Assembly (NCBI GenBank): GCA_963737905.1
Contig: CAVTUQ010000037.1
Coordinates: forward strand, 96,001-160,000
Direction: 5' to 3'
Origin: an uncultured delta proteobacterium
GTDB lineage: Bacteria > Desulfobacterota > Binatia > UBA9968
Length of the DNA stretch: 64,000 nt
Shown: positions 11,974 through 22,555 of the stretch, piece after piece
How the letters are laid out: each line of letters starts with the position of its first letter
Numbering within the stretch: position 1 is the first letter of the stretch
Translations under genes and position numbers: made by a program
Notes under the pieces: model-generated
What the model was told of the DNA's origin: nothing
The model's input: only the letters and a program-made list of their open reading frames with translations
Database searches by the model: none

Positions 11974-12435
11974 TCAGAACTTTTGATCTTCTTGGGCGAT
12001 GATTTTGAAGATATCTTGCCCCGTCTTCCCTTCGATAAGGCGGCTGCGAAAAGTGGGGTCCTTGAGCAATCGGGAGATTCTCGCCAATGCTTTTAGGTGA
12101 TCGGCGGCTGCATTCTCCGGGGCGATCAACACGAAAAACAAGTGCGTCGGTCCGCCATCGAGAGAAGCGAAATCGATTCCCTCCAGACTACGGGCGAAGA
12201 TTCCGACCACGCGTTCGACCCCCCGAAGCTTTCCATGCGGGATCGCCACGCCTTCACCAATGGCCGTGGTGCTGATCCGTTCCCGTTCCAATAAAACTTC
12301 AAGAACCTTTCGCTCATCCAGCTCTGGATGATTAGCAACCAACCCGGCCGCCATTTCTTTTAGGACAGCATTTTTTTCGCGCGCCGTGAGTGCAGGGATG
12401 ACCGCTTCCTCAGTCAGAAAATCTGTAATCTTCAC
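11974..12435 (-). CDS. ptsN: PTS IIA-Ntr protein
   Basis: RERISTTAIGEGVAIPHG, HLKALARISR. Confidence 0.92.
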   Translation of the reverse strand: MKITDFLTEEAVIPALTAREKNAVLKEMAAGLVANHPELDERKVLEVLLERERISTTAIGEGVAIPHGKLRGVERVVGIFARSLEGIDFASLDGGPTHLFFVLIAPENAAADHLKALARISRLLKDPTFRSRLIEGKTGQDIFKIIAQEDQKF

Positions 12436-12749
12436 TCTTTCGCCCTTCTTCGGTTAAGCTTGGTCTTTTCTTTTTGCTTTTGCACCTGGCGCTGAAGCTT
12501 GTCAATCACTAAGTCAATGGCTGAATAGAGATCGTCGGTTTCTTCCTTGCCGTGGATCATGGCTCCATGCGTATGCAGCTCGATTTCCGCCGTATGGCGT
12601 TCCTTAGAGTCCACGGAAAGAACCACATGGGCTTCCAAAGACCGTGAGAAATGCCGTCCGAGGCGGTGGACTTTCTCTTCAGCATAACGTTTCAACGCGT
12701 CCGTGGGTTCCATGTGGCGGAAAGTCACCGCAACTTTCACGTCGCTCAT
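12432..12749 (-). CDS. hpf: Ribosome hibernation factor (short HPF/RaiA type)
   Basis: VTFRHMEPTDALKRYAEEK...DLYSAIDLVIDKL; follows rpoN. Confidence 0.9.
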   Translation of the reverse strand: MSDVKVAVTFRHMEPTDALKRYAEEKVHRLGRHFSRSLEAHVVLSVDSKERHTAEIELHTHGAMIHGKEETDDLYSAIDLVIDKLQRQVQKQKEKTKLNRRRAKE

Positions 12750-12772
12750 TGTGAAATCCACCCCTTCGCCGC

Positions 12773-14245
12773 TTATTTTCTGAAGTAGGGCTGTCTCCGC
12801 TTCGACGAGGGAAGAATGCCCATGGCCTCCCGGTACTTGGCCACCGTACGACGCGCGATATCGATCGAGTCGTTCGACAAAAGCGCGGCGATGTGTTGGT
12901 CGCTGTGGGGTTTTCGCGGGTCTTCGGAGGCGATAATGCCGCGGATTTTCTCCTTTACACTTTCGCTCGCGACGTCGTCCCCGTTACCGCTCTTGAGACC
13001 GCTTTGGAAAAAGAACTTGAGCTCAAACAGCCCCTGCGGTGTGTGCACGTACTTGTTCGCCGTGGCTCGACTCACCGTGGATTCATGCATGTGTATATCT
13101 TCAGCCACATCCCGAAGCACCATGGGTTTTAGCTGGCTCACTCCGTGATCGAGAAATTCCAGTTGAAATTTAAAAATGCTTTGGGTCACGCGATAGAGGG
13201 TTTGTTGTCGCTGCTGAATGCTTTTGATCAACCATGTCGCTGCGCGCACCTTCTCTTGGAGGTATTGGCGCGCCTGTTCTTCTGCCGCGCCTTCCTGGCC
13301 CGCCATGCGCCGGTAAAGAGAACTTACCCTTAACCGCGGCACACCGTCGTCGTTCAAGTAGATGACATATTCGTTCCCGATTTTCTCCACGAAGACGTCG
13401 GGCAAAACGGTAAGAACTTCCTCCTGCCCGAAACCACGGGACGGCTTCGGCTCAAGGGAGGCAATCACATGAGCCGCATCCGCGATTTCATCCACGGTAA
13501 CGCCCATCTCGCGAGCCATCTTTTCGTATCGTTTGGATTCCAGGTAATTCAGGTAATCGCGCACGATTCGAGCCGCCAAGCTATCACCGAACTGGAGACT
13601 CTCAAGCTGGACCAGGAGACATTCCCTGAGATCACGCGCTGCAACCCCTACCGGATCAAAGAAATGAATGCGCTTTAGAACTTTCTCGGCTTCCTCAGCG
13701 CTACTTTCTGTAGCCTTGCAGAGCTCCTCTAGAGACAGGGCCAAGTAGCCATTCTCGTCCAAGTTGCCGATGATGTAAAACCCGATGCTCTCTTCGCGTT
13801 CAGAGATCTTCGAGAGACGAAGTTGCCAAATCAGATGATCTTCGAGCGAGCTCTTCTTGGTTAAGCTATTCTCCCAGGAGGGCGGGCTGTCACCATCGTC
13901 TCCGGTGGCCTCGGCGGTCAGAGATCCGTGGATGGAGTTGGAATGGGTATCGAGATATTCTTGCCAGTCCAACGTACCGATCTTGTCAACGGCAGGTTCG
14001 CGGTTGATCACCGGCTCCGTTATTGACTCCGCGCCATCGGGTGCCAACTCCAACTTGGGTTGGTCTCCATTTTCACTCTCTTCGGTGGTTCCTTCCTCTA
14101 GGGCGGGGTTATCCTGCAACTCCTTCGAGATCGTCTCCTGTAATTCGAGACGGGACAGCTGAAGCAGCTTGATCGCCTGCTGCAGCTGGGGTGTCATGAC
14201 CAATTGCTGCGCGAGTTTCTGGACCTGACGAATCTCTAGTGCCAT
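12773..14245 (-). CDS. rpoN: RNA polymerase sigma-54 factor
   Basis: MTPQLQQAIKLLQL, HESTVSRAT, RpoN box ARRTVAKYRE. Confidence 0.98.
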   Translation of the reverse strand: MALEIRQVQKLAQQLVMTPQLQQAIKLLQLSRLELQETISKELQDNPALEEGTTEESENGDQPKLELAPDGAESITEPVINREPAVDKIGTLDWQEYLDTHSNSIHGSLTAEATGDDGDSPPSWENSLTKKSSLEDHLIWQLRLSKISEREESIGFYIIGNLDENGYLALSLEELCKATESSAEEAEKVLKRIHFFDPVGVAARDLRECLLVQLESLQFGDSLAARIVRDYLNYLESKRYEKMAREMGVTVDEIADAAHVIASLEPKPSRGFGQEEVLTVLPDVFVEKIGNEYVIYLNDDGVPRLRVSSLYRRMAGQEGAAEEQARQYLQEKVRAATWLIKSIQQRQQTLYRVTQSIFKFQLEFLDHGVSQLKPMVLRDVAEDIHMHESTVSRATANKYVHTPQGLFELKFFFQSGLKSGNGDDVASESVKEKIRGIIASEDPRKPHSDQHIAALLSNDSIDIARRTVAKYREAMGILPSSKRRQPYFRK

Positions 14246-14247
14246 AA

Positions 14248-14970
14248 CTAAAACTTAAAACCTTCTCCCAAATAAAATTTTCTCGCCTTCGTGCTCGAGG
14301 CGATCTTGTCCGGCGTTCCTTCTTCCAGAACGGTGCCTTCGCTAAGAATATAGGCTCGGTCACAAATTCCCAACGTCTCTCGGACATTGTGATCGGTGAT
14401 GAGAATCCCGATTCCGCTCGCGATCAATCTACGGATGATTTTCTGAATTTCGGCAACGGCGATGGGATCCACACCCGTAAAAGGTTCGTCGAGAAGAACA
14501 AAGTAAGGAGAAAGGACCAAGGCACGGGCAATTTCTACTCTTCGCCGCTCTCCACCCGATAACGTAAACGCCCTGTGGTCGGCTAGGTGATCTACACCGA
14601 GCATTTTCATAAGCGCCTGACATCTCTCTTCCTGTTGCGCGCCGCTGAGATCAAGGGTCTGCAAAATCGCAAAGAGATTATCCTCTACGGTTAGGCGGCG
14701 AAAAACCGACGATTCCTGCGGAAGATAGCTGATTCCCGCCCGCGCCCGCTGGTAAATGGGCGCGGCGGTCAGATCCTGATCGTTCAAAAGCACCTTACCC
14801 TCGTCCGGTTGAACCAAGCCGACCATGATATGAAACGTCGTGGTTTTCCCTGCGCCATTGGGGCCAAGCAAGCCAACAATCTCACCACCTCTAACCTCAA
14901 TATTGACTCCGTTGACGACGCGACGACCGCTGTAGGATTTTGCCACCGCCTCCGCTGTAAGAACGCTCAT
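14248..14970 (-). CDS. lptB: LPS export ABC ATPase
   Basis: GPNGAGKTT, LSGGERRRVEIARAL, ITDHNVRETL. Confidence 0.96.
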   Translation of the reverse strand: MSVLTAEAVAKSYSGRRVVNGVNIEVRGGEIVGLLGPNGAGKTTTFHIMVGLVQPDEGKVLLNDQDLTAAPIYQRARAGISYLPQESSVFRRLTVEDNLFAILQTLDLSGAQQEERCQALMKMLGVDHLADHRAFTLSGGERRRVEIARALVLSPYFVLLDEPFTGVDPIAVAEIQKIIRRLIASGIGILITDHNVRETLGICDRAYILSEGTVLEEGTPDKIASSTKARKFYLGEGFKF

Positions 14971-14972
14971 CT

Positions 14973-15542
14973 CTAATTACTCGGAGCGGTTTCTCCTTTG
15001 TCCTGCTTCCCTAGCTCTTCGGGAAATATCGTCGCCTTCACCCTTACTTTGCCGTCTCCTTCAGCCACAGCTTTATCCTGCTCGACAAAATAGATGACCC
15101 GCGATCCACTGATTTGGCTATTGCCTTGCCGCATAATCGGATTACCGGTCATCGTCACCGTTTTGGCCTGGTCGTCAAATACCGCCTTCTCTCCCGTGGC
15201 TACCCGATCGCCTTGCGTGGCGTTCACTTTCCCCTCGGCAACGATTTGCTTAATCTGCTTCATATCCGAAGTATATTCGGCGGTCAGGGTCTCACTTCTT
15301 ATGGTCATATCTCCTTGGATTGTAACCACATGCCCCTTATACGTGATCGTACCCTTGGTCTGATCAAATTCCATCCAGTCGGAGTTTATGTAAATAGGAT
15401 CCTTTTTGTTGAGTTCAAACCCCGGTCCGCCCTTTTTCTTCGACTCATCTTTCTCCGGCGTCGCAGCGTCGCCTAGCGCAATCACCATGGAAGCAGATAA
15501 GAGGAAAAAAAATAGCGATACCCTTAGCACTGAATAACCCAT
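14973..15542 (-). CDS. lptA: LPS transport periplasmic protein LptA
   Basis: Signal peptide, OstA-like beta-jellyroll pattern, synteny. Confidence 0.88.
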   Translation of the reverse strand: MGYSVLRVSLFFFLLSASMVIALGDAATPEKDESKKKGGPGFELNKKDPIYINSDWMEFDQTKGTITYKGHVVTIQGDMTIRSETLTAEYTSDMKQIKQIVAEGKVNATQGDRVATGEKAVFDDQAKTVTMTGNPIMRQGNSQISGSRVIYFVEQDKAVAEGDGKVRVKATIFPEELGKQDKGETAPSN

Positions 15543-16172
15543 TTACCCTCCGCTCATCTGGTTCGGGCCGGATTTTTTGTCTTTTCTTGCCACCTTGTCA
15601 GGCTCGATCTTGGTCTTGACGTTCTGCATCAAGCGCACTTTTTTGACCTCCATTTCAATCTCCATCCGCGATCCTTCTACTTCCAGGCCGTTCCCCACCA
15701 CGGTTGCTCGCTTCGGTAAAACAATCCGTCCAGTGTCGGCGAAATAGGTCGCTTCCTCGGACTTCAGCACGTACCCCTGATAGGTTACTTGGACCTCACC
15801 CTGGAGCTGCATTTTCTCCAACTCTTTCTCGTTAAAGAATAGCCGCGCACTATTGCCGGTTGTTTCAGCGGTCTCGCCTTGTTTGTTGTAGTAGTAAAAG
15901 CGTGGCTTTTTTATGACCGCTTCTTTCTGCTCCTTGAAATAGTTTGCCTCATCGCCGAAGAGTTCCCACAGCTTTTTTCCATTTTCGATTTTTGCACGGC
16001 GAAAATCCTTCATCTGAAGCGCCGACTCTGGAATATAATCCAGCGCCTTAAGTGGATTTTTTCTGATCTCCTCGGCCTTCATAATCCAAAGACTCTCGGC
16101 GACTTTGTAGCCCACACCTCCCAGAGATAGAAAAATGACCACCAGCAATATGAGCCTTTTACGCCTACGCAT
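15543..16172 (-). CDS. lptC: LPS export protein LptC
   Basis: N-terminal TM anchor followed by a beta-rich domain; position between kdsC and lptA. Confidence 0.82.
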   Translation of the reverse strand: MRRRKRLILLVVIFLSLGGVGYKVAESLWIMKAEEIRKNPLKALDYIPESALQMKDFRRAKIENGKKLWELFGDEANYFKEQKEAVIKKPRFYYYNKQGETAETTGNSARLFFNEKELEKMQLQGEVQVTYQGYVLKSEEATYFADTGRIVLPKRATVVGNGLEVEGSRMEIEMEVKKVRLMQNVKTKIEPDKVARKDKKSGPNQMSGG

Positions 16173-16196
16173 TGATGAACCCCCGGGATAAGCTAT

Positions 16197-16225
16197 AAAA
16201 ATACCATTCTTTGAAAAAACTGTAA
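16197..16225 (-). promoter_or_regulatory. Internal sigma70-type promoter for lptC-lptA-lptB-rpoN
   Basis: Minus strand TTTACA-17 bp-TATTTT with an extended TGn; coordinates approximate to 1-2 bp. Confidence 0.5.
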
Positions 16226-16231
16226 AGCAAT

Positions 16232-16246
16232 GGGCACGAAAATTGC
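16232..16246 (+). promoter_or_regulatory. Sigma54 -24/-12 site, antisense to the operon
   Basis: GGGCACGAAAATTGC = GG-N10-GC containing GCACG and TTGC. Confidence 0.65.
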
Positions 16247-16279
16247 TAAAGCCCCGGAGAAATCAGGCTTATCTTCACC

Positions 16280-16807
16280 TTAGCGCTCTGTGAGATCCTT
16301 CCACATATTCTGCGCTTTAAGTACCAGCTCTGAAACCTCCCTCACGGCCCCCCTTCCTCCCCCACTTTTAGTAACGTAATCGACCCGCGTTTTAAGACCT
16401 GGCCAACCATCCCTAACCGCAATCGCCAACCCCACCTGTCGCAATACGGGTAGATCCAGAATATCATCTCCCACATAAGCGATTTGCTCGTCCTTAAGTC
16501 CGGTTTTCCGTTTAATACGAATGTAGATCTCGGCCTTGTTTTTCACACCTTGATGGACAATGGTTACGCCTAGTTCTTTCGCGCGATGGCGCACAATATT
16601 GGAGTAACGTCCGGTGATAAAGCCGACTCTGATTCCGCAACGGATAAGCAACGTGATGCCTTGGCCGTCGCGCACATCGAAGCGTTTGGCCTCCACTCCC
16701 CGATCGTCGAGGATGATGCCGCCGTCCGTGAGAACGCCATCGACGTCAAGGAGGATGAGTCTTATTTTGGCGGCTTTCTTTTGCACGCCGGGAGAGATGT
16801 GCTTCAC
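16280..16807 (-). CDS. kdsC: KDO 8-phosphate phosphatase
   Basis: LDVDGVLTDG, RDGQGI, YVGDDILD, GGRGAVRE. Confidence 0.95.
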   Translation of the reverse strand: MKHISPGVQKKAAKIRLILLDVDGVLTDGGIILDDRGVEAKRFDVRDGQGITLLIRCGIRVGFITGRYSNIVRHRAKELGVTIVHQGVKNKAEIYIRIKRKTGLKDEQIAYVGDDILDLPVLRQVGLAIAVRDGWPGLKTRVDYVTKSGGGRGAVREVSELVLKAQNMWKDLTER

Positions 16808-16813
16808 CGCTTG

Positions 16814-17803
16814 CTAAACGATCCCGGCTTTGAGGAGGTCGTGAATGTGAAGGACCCCAATCGGTACCCTATGACCGGGTTTGTCCACAACAAAAAGCGA
16901 GGTGATCGGGCGGGGCACATTCTCTTCCATCTTTACCAGAGCCTGTGATGCGAGGGCATCCTTCTCGATCGATTTCGGGTTTAAGGTCATAATTTCTTTC
17001 GCTCTCTTGCTGAGAACGCCATCGCCGTGGGCTTGCAGTCCTCTCCGCAAGTCGCCGTCGGTGATAACCCCAATCAGATCACCGCGTTTATCGGTAACTC
17101 CCGTGACACCCAAACGCTTCGAAGTGATGACTAGAACGGCCTCCTTCATGAGAGTTTCTTCATCTACCAGCGGTAAATCGGCATCCCGATGCATCAAGTC
17201 CTCGACCCGAAGCAGCAATTTGCGGCCGAGTATTCCCCCCGGATGGCGCAGCGCAAAATCCTCTTCTTTGAACCCCTTTTTCTCTAAGAGAATAACCGCA
17301 AGGGCATCCCCCAGAGCGAGCGCCGCGGTGGTACTCGCCGTCGGCGACAGCCCGAGAGGGCAGGCCTCTTCCATGACGCCTGCATCGAGAACGACGTCAG
17401 CCGCACGGGAAAGGGTTGAGCCGTGATTCCCGGTCATGACGATGAGCCTCACACCGATACGCTTAAGAATGGGGATCAAGGTTAAAATCTCTTCGGTCTC
17501 CCCGCTATTGGAGACGGCGAGAACAACGTCTCCTTCCTTAATCATCCCCATGTCGCCGTGATTTGCATCCCCAGCATGAAGGAAAAAAGAAGGTGTGCCC
17601 ATGCTCGAAAAGGTAGCAGCGATTTTTCGGCAAATCAGCCCAGATTTTCCCAACCCGGTAACGACCACTTTGCCGCGACAGTCGTCAAGCAATTCGACCG
17701 CTTGGATAAAGCGATCATCAAGGCGATCGATCAGCGAAACAATACCTGTCGCTTCGATGTTCAGCACTTCTCTCGCTCGCTGCAAGATGACGGCTTTGTT
17801 CAC
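16814..17803 (-). CDS. kdsD: Arabinose-5-phosphate isomerase (SIS + CBS)
   Basis: GLGKSG, SNSGET, PTASTTA, HPGGILG, CBS pair. Confidence 0.95.
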   Translation of the reverse strand: MNKAVILQRAREVLNIEATGIVSLIDRLDDRFIQAVELLDDCRGKVVVTGLGKSGLICRKIAATFSSMGTPSFFLHAGDANHGDMGMIKEGDVVLAVSNSGETEEILTLIPILKRIGVRLIVMTGNHGSTLSRAADVVLDAGVMEEACPLGLSPTASTTAALALGDALAVILLEKKGFKEEDFALRHPGGILGRKLLLRVEDLMHRDADLPLVDEETLMKEAVLVITSKRLGVTGVTDKRGDLIGVITDGDLRRGLQAHGDGVLSKRAKEIMTLNPKSIEKDALASQALVKMEENVPRPITSLFVVDKPGHRVPIGVLHIHDLLKAGIV

Positions 17804-18636
17804 GTCCCCAATTCCTGTTTCAAGATGCCATCAATTTCCTTAACAATCCGCAGCACTCCTTCAAACTCCTGCAATGGCAGTGAGTTGGGACCGTCACTGA
17901 GCGCTTGATCCGGATTTTCGTGAACTTCCATGAAGAGCGCATCGACACCCACAGCGACCCCGGCGCGCGCCAACGGGCCAATGTATTTTCTTTCACCGCC
18001 GGATGCTTTTCCTAACCCGCCGGGAAGCTGCAAGCTGTGGGTGGCATCGAAGACCACAGGATACCCGAGTTCTCGCATAATCAGCAACGACCGCATGTCG
18101 GAAACCAAATTGTTGTAGCCGAAGGAAACTCCCCGTTCGGTCAGTAAGATTTGATCGTTGTTGGCGGAGCGTATTTTGTCGACGATATTGCCAATATCCC
18201 AAGGCGCCAGAAACTGCCCTTTCTTTACATTGACGACTTTCCCTGATTGAGCGACCGCGACAACGAAGTCTGTCTGCCGGCAGAGGAACGCGGGGATCTG
18301 GAGCACATCGGCGACTTCGCTCACAGGCGCAACTTGCTCTCTCTCATGCACGTCCGTCAATACGGGCACCCGCATCTCTCTTTTGACCTCGGCGAGGATT
18401 TCCAAGCCCTTGTCCAATCCCGGCCCGCGATAGGAATCGGCTGATGAACGATTCGCCTTATCGTAGGAAGATTTGAAGATGTAGGGAACCCCAACCCGAT
18501 CAGCGACTGCTTTAAGCGCCGAAGCGTGTCTTAAGGCCGACTCCCTGCTTTCGATCACGCAAGGACCGGCGATAACCGCAAGGGGGCGCCCGGCACCGAT
18601 CTCGATATTTCCTACTTTTACGCGCTTGGTGCTCAT
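17800..18636 (-). CDS. kdsA: KDO 8-phosphate synthase
   Basis: IAGPCVIES, KSSYDKANRSS, QIPAFLCRQTD, KKGQFLAP; start moved to MSTKRV. Confidence 0.96.
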   Translation of the reverse strand: MSTKRVKVGNIEIGAGRPLAVIAGPCVIESRESALRHASALKAVADRVGVPYIFKSSYDKANRSSADSYRGPGLDKGLEILAEVKREMRVPVLTDVHEREQVAPVSEVADVLQIPAFLCRQTDFVVAVAQSGKVVNVKKGQFLAPWDIGNIVDKIRSANNDQILLTERGVSFGYNNLVSDMRSLLIMRELGYPVVFDATHSLQLPGGLGKASGGERKYIGPLARAGVAVGVDALFMEVHENPDQALSDGPNSLPLQEFEGVLRIVKEIDGILKQELGT

Positions 18637-18665
18637 GGATAAAAAGGCCCGACGGCTCGCAACAA

Positions 18666-20321
<1,656 letters not shown>

Positions 20322-21095
20322 TCAGTTCCTATGCTGTCTCCAATATTTTTCCGCCTTTGCCAAATCCTCCGCCGTATCGACCTCTACGGATCGCTCTTCC
20401 ACGGCTGCAACAAATATCCGATGACCGTACGCCAAAGCCCGGAGCTGCTCAAGACTTTCGATTCGCTCCAGCGCCGTGGGCCGCAACCGCGAAAACTTCA
20501 GCAGAAAATCACGCCGATAGACATAAAGGCCTATATGGCGATTACCCCATAATCGGCTTTCTGGACGGCGTCCTGTTTTCCGATCATTGAGATCAACGGC
20601 GCCATTCCGAACATAGGGAATCGGCGAACGGGAAAAATACAGCGCAAAGCCCTTACGATCTGTAAGAACCTTGACGATGTTCGGGTCGCGCCATTCCGCT
20701 TCATCAAAAATCGGCGTACCGATGGTGCCCATGGGAATCGAGCGGTCACGGCGCATGGGGCGAACCGCACGCGTGATCGTATCGGACTGAATAAACGGCA
20801 AATCCCCTTGTACATTTACGAACCAATCCGCCTTGATCTTTCGTGCCACCTCAGCCACACGATCCGTCCCGCTGGCGTGGTGCTTCGATGTCATCATCAC
20901 CTCGCCGCCAAACCCCCGGACTGTTTCCTCCACCCGCCGGTCGTCGGTAGCCACCAAAACCCGATTTAAACCTCTCGCCTTTGACGCACTTTCGTAAACA
21001 TGCTGGATCATCGGTTTGCCGCCGATTCTGGCTAAAGGCTTTCCCGGAAGCCGGGTCGAACCATAGCGCGCCGGAATGATTGCCACGACAGCCAT
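20322..21095 (-). CDS. kdsB: CMP-KDO synthetase
   Basis: IPARYGSTRLPGKPL, SGTDRV, NVQGD, LYFSRSPIP, ESLEQLR. Confidence 0.96.
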   Translation of the reverse strand: MAVVAIIPARYGSTRLPGKPLARIGGKPMIQHVYESASKARGLNRVLVATDDRRVEETVRGFGGEVMMTSKHHASGTDRVAEVARKIKADWFVNVQGDLPFIQSDTITRAVRPMRRDRSIPMGTIGTPIFDEAEWRDPNIVKVLTDRKGFALYFSRSPIPYVRNGAVDLNDRKTGRRPESRLWGNRHIGLYVYRRDFLLKFSRLRPTALERIESLEQLRALAYGHRIFVAAVEERSVEVDTAEDLAKAEKYWRQHRN

Positions 21096-21207
21096 CGGTT
21101 TACTGTTTTATAGCTACCCTGAGAAACGGAAGAGACCGAAAATTGCGCGCCCGCTCCAAAAATAAAAAACCGCAATGGCCTTCTAGGAAAGCGCATCACG
21201 GACTTAA

Positions 21208-21236
21208 AATATACGCCGAGGCCGAAAGGGTGTCAA
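21208..21236 (-). promoter_or_regulatory. Sigma70 promoter of the kdsB-pyrG operon
   Basis: Minus strand TTGACA-17 bp-TATATT. Confidence 0.7.
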
Positions 21237-21302
21237 TGACGAATCGCAGAAGTTTCTCTACGATCTCGGATTATTCACCTTACGAGGGAAAGCATGACCG
21301 AA

Positions 21303-21475
21303 CCGAGGAGTGAGCCTCGAAGCGAGCGGGCACAGGAGCGTAAAAACACACCGACTTAACTGGTGCTTGACTAAAAGCTCGCCTTTCTTAAGCAAAGTAT
21401 GCTTCACCACTCAAATTTGCAGGCCTCCTCAAGGTAGAGGTCCATTGCCCGCGACCGGAGAGGCTTACTCCTCGG
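21303..21475 (+). ncRNA. Putative structured RNA, 6S-like size and architecture
   Basis: 16-bp closing stem 21303-21318/21460-21475, second stem GCGGGCA/TGCCCGC and internal hairpins; the non-Watson-Crick pairs are G-U on the + strand. Confidence 0.45.
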
Positions 21476-21607
21476 GCCGTCTTACCCCGGGAATGAACCG
21501 TGCTAGCAACCTTTTGGGGGAGCATTAGAAAAAAGATCGGCACTGAAACTTGACTTATTATTGCCGGCCTATGATAGGAGTGACATTAAGAATCCATAAG
21601 GACAGGC

Positions 21608-22543
21608 ATGACGGACCTCATTAAGATCAACGCAGGATTCGCTACCATCGGGCAAGGTGCCGGGCCGATGATGGTGACGTGGAAAGCCGACCTGTTTCAG
21701 AAATATGGCCTGGCTGTCGAGAAACCCGCCATCATGGGCGGCGCGAAGGGCGTCGTGCGCGGCTTGATGTCAGGGGAGATCCAATTCGGTAATCTGGCAG
21801 CGCCGGCACCGCTCAGAGCCAATGTTAAGGGTGAAGCGGATTTGATCTTTTTGACCGGGGGTATCAATCAGCAATTCATCATGGGAAAACCCGGTATCAC
21901 CGACCGTAGAGACTTGGCGGGCAAAAAAATGGGTTTCGTTGGCGATGGAGGTTTGAACGATGCCCTGGTGCAATTTGTCATCGAAAAGCTGAACGCCACG
22001 GGTATACGGGGCTTGCAGAAGGAACCCATTCCGGCCGGCGGTGACAAAGAGCTCGAAGCGCTTCTGAGCGGCAGGTGCGACGCGATTGTCATCACACCTC
22101 CGGAGTCCGTTTACGGTCGAAGAAGAGGTTGCAAGTACCTCGTCGATTTCGCCGAATACGGGTTGAACTACGCCCTCGGAGGGATCGCGGCTCGTCGCGA
22201 TTACGTTGAAGAGAATCCTGAAATTACGAGGAAGTTTATCAAAGCCTATGTCGAAGGAATGCACCGTTATCGCACAGACCGAGAGTTCACGGTCGACGTC
22301 CAAGCCGAATACAGCGGCATCGCGGATCGAAGCGTGGCGGAGGAAACCTACGACTTGACCCAGCCAGGCATGCCGAGCGTTCCCTACCCTGTTGTCTCTT
22401 CCCTCCAAACGTTGCTCGATTTCATGGCCAAGGAACTTCCTGAGGCCAGAGACGCTGATGCGAGGCGATTTGTCGACGATCGGTTTATCCGCGAGCTTGA
22501 CGAGAGCGGATTTATCGCCTCGTTGTCCAACCAACGTCGATGA
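21608..22543 (+). CDS. ABC substrate-binding protein, NMT1/THI5/SsuA-like
   Basis: FQKYGLAVE, DLAGKKMG, NPEITRKFIKAYVE, RFVDDRFIRELDESGFI; no obvious signal peptide. Confidence 0.8.
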   Translation: MTDLIKINAGFATIGQGAGPMMVTWKADLFQKYGLAVEKPAIMGGAKGVVRGLMSGEIQFGNLAAPAPLRANVKGEADLIFLTGGINQQFIMGKPGITDRRDLAGKKMGFVGDGGLNDALVQFVIEKLNATGIRGLQKEPIPAGGDKELEALLSGRCDAIVITPPESVYGRRRGCKYLVDFAEYGLNYALGGIAARRDYVEENPEITRKFIKAYVEGMHRYRTDREFTVDVQAEYSGIADRSVAEETYDLTQPGMPSVPYPVVSSLQTLLDFMAKELPEARDADARRFVDDRFIRELDESGFIASLSNQRR

Positions 22544-22555
22544 CGAGCATCCCCC

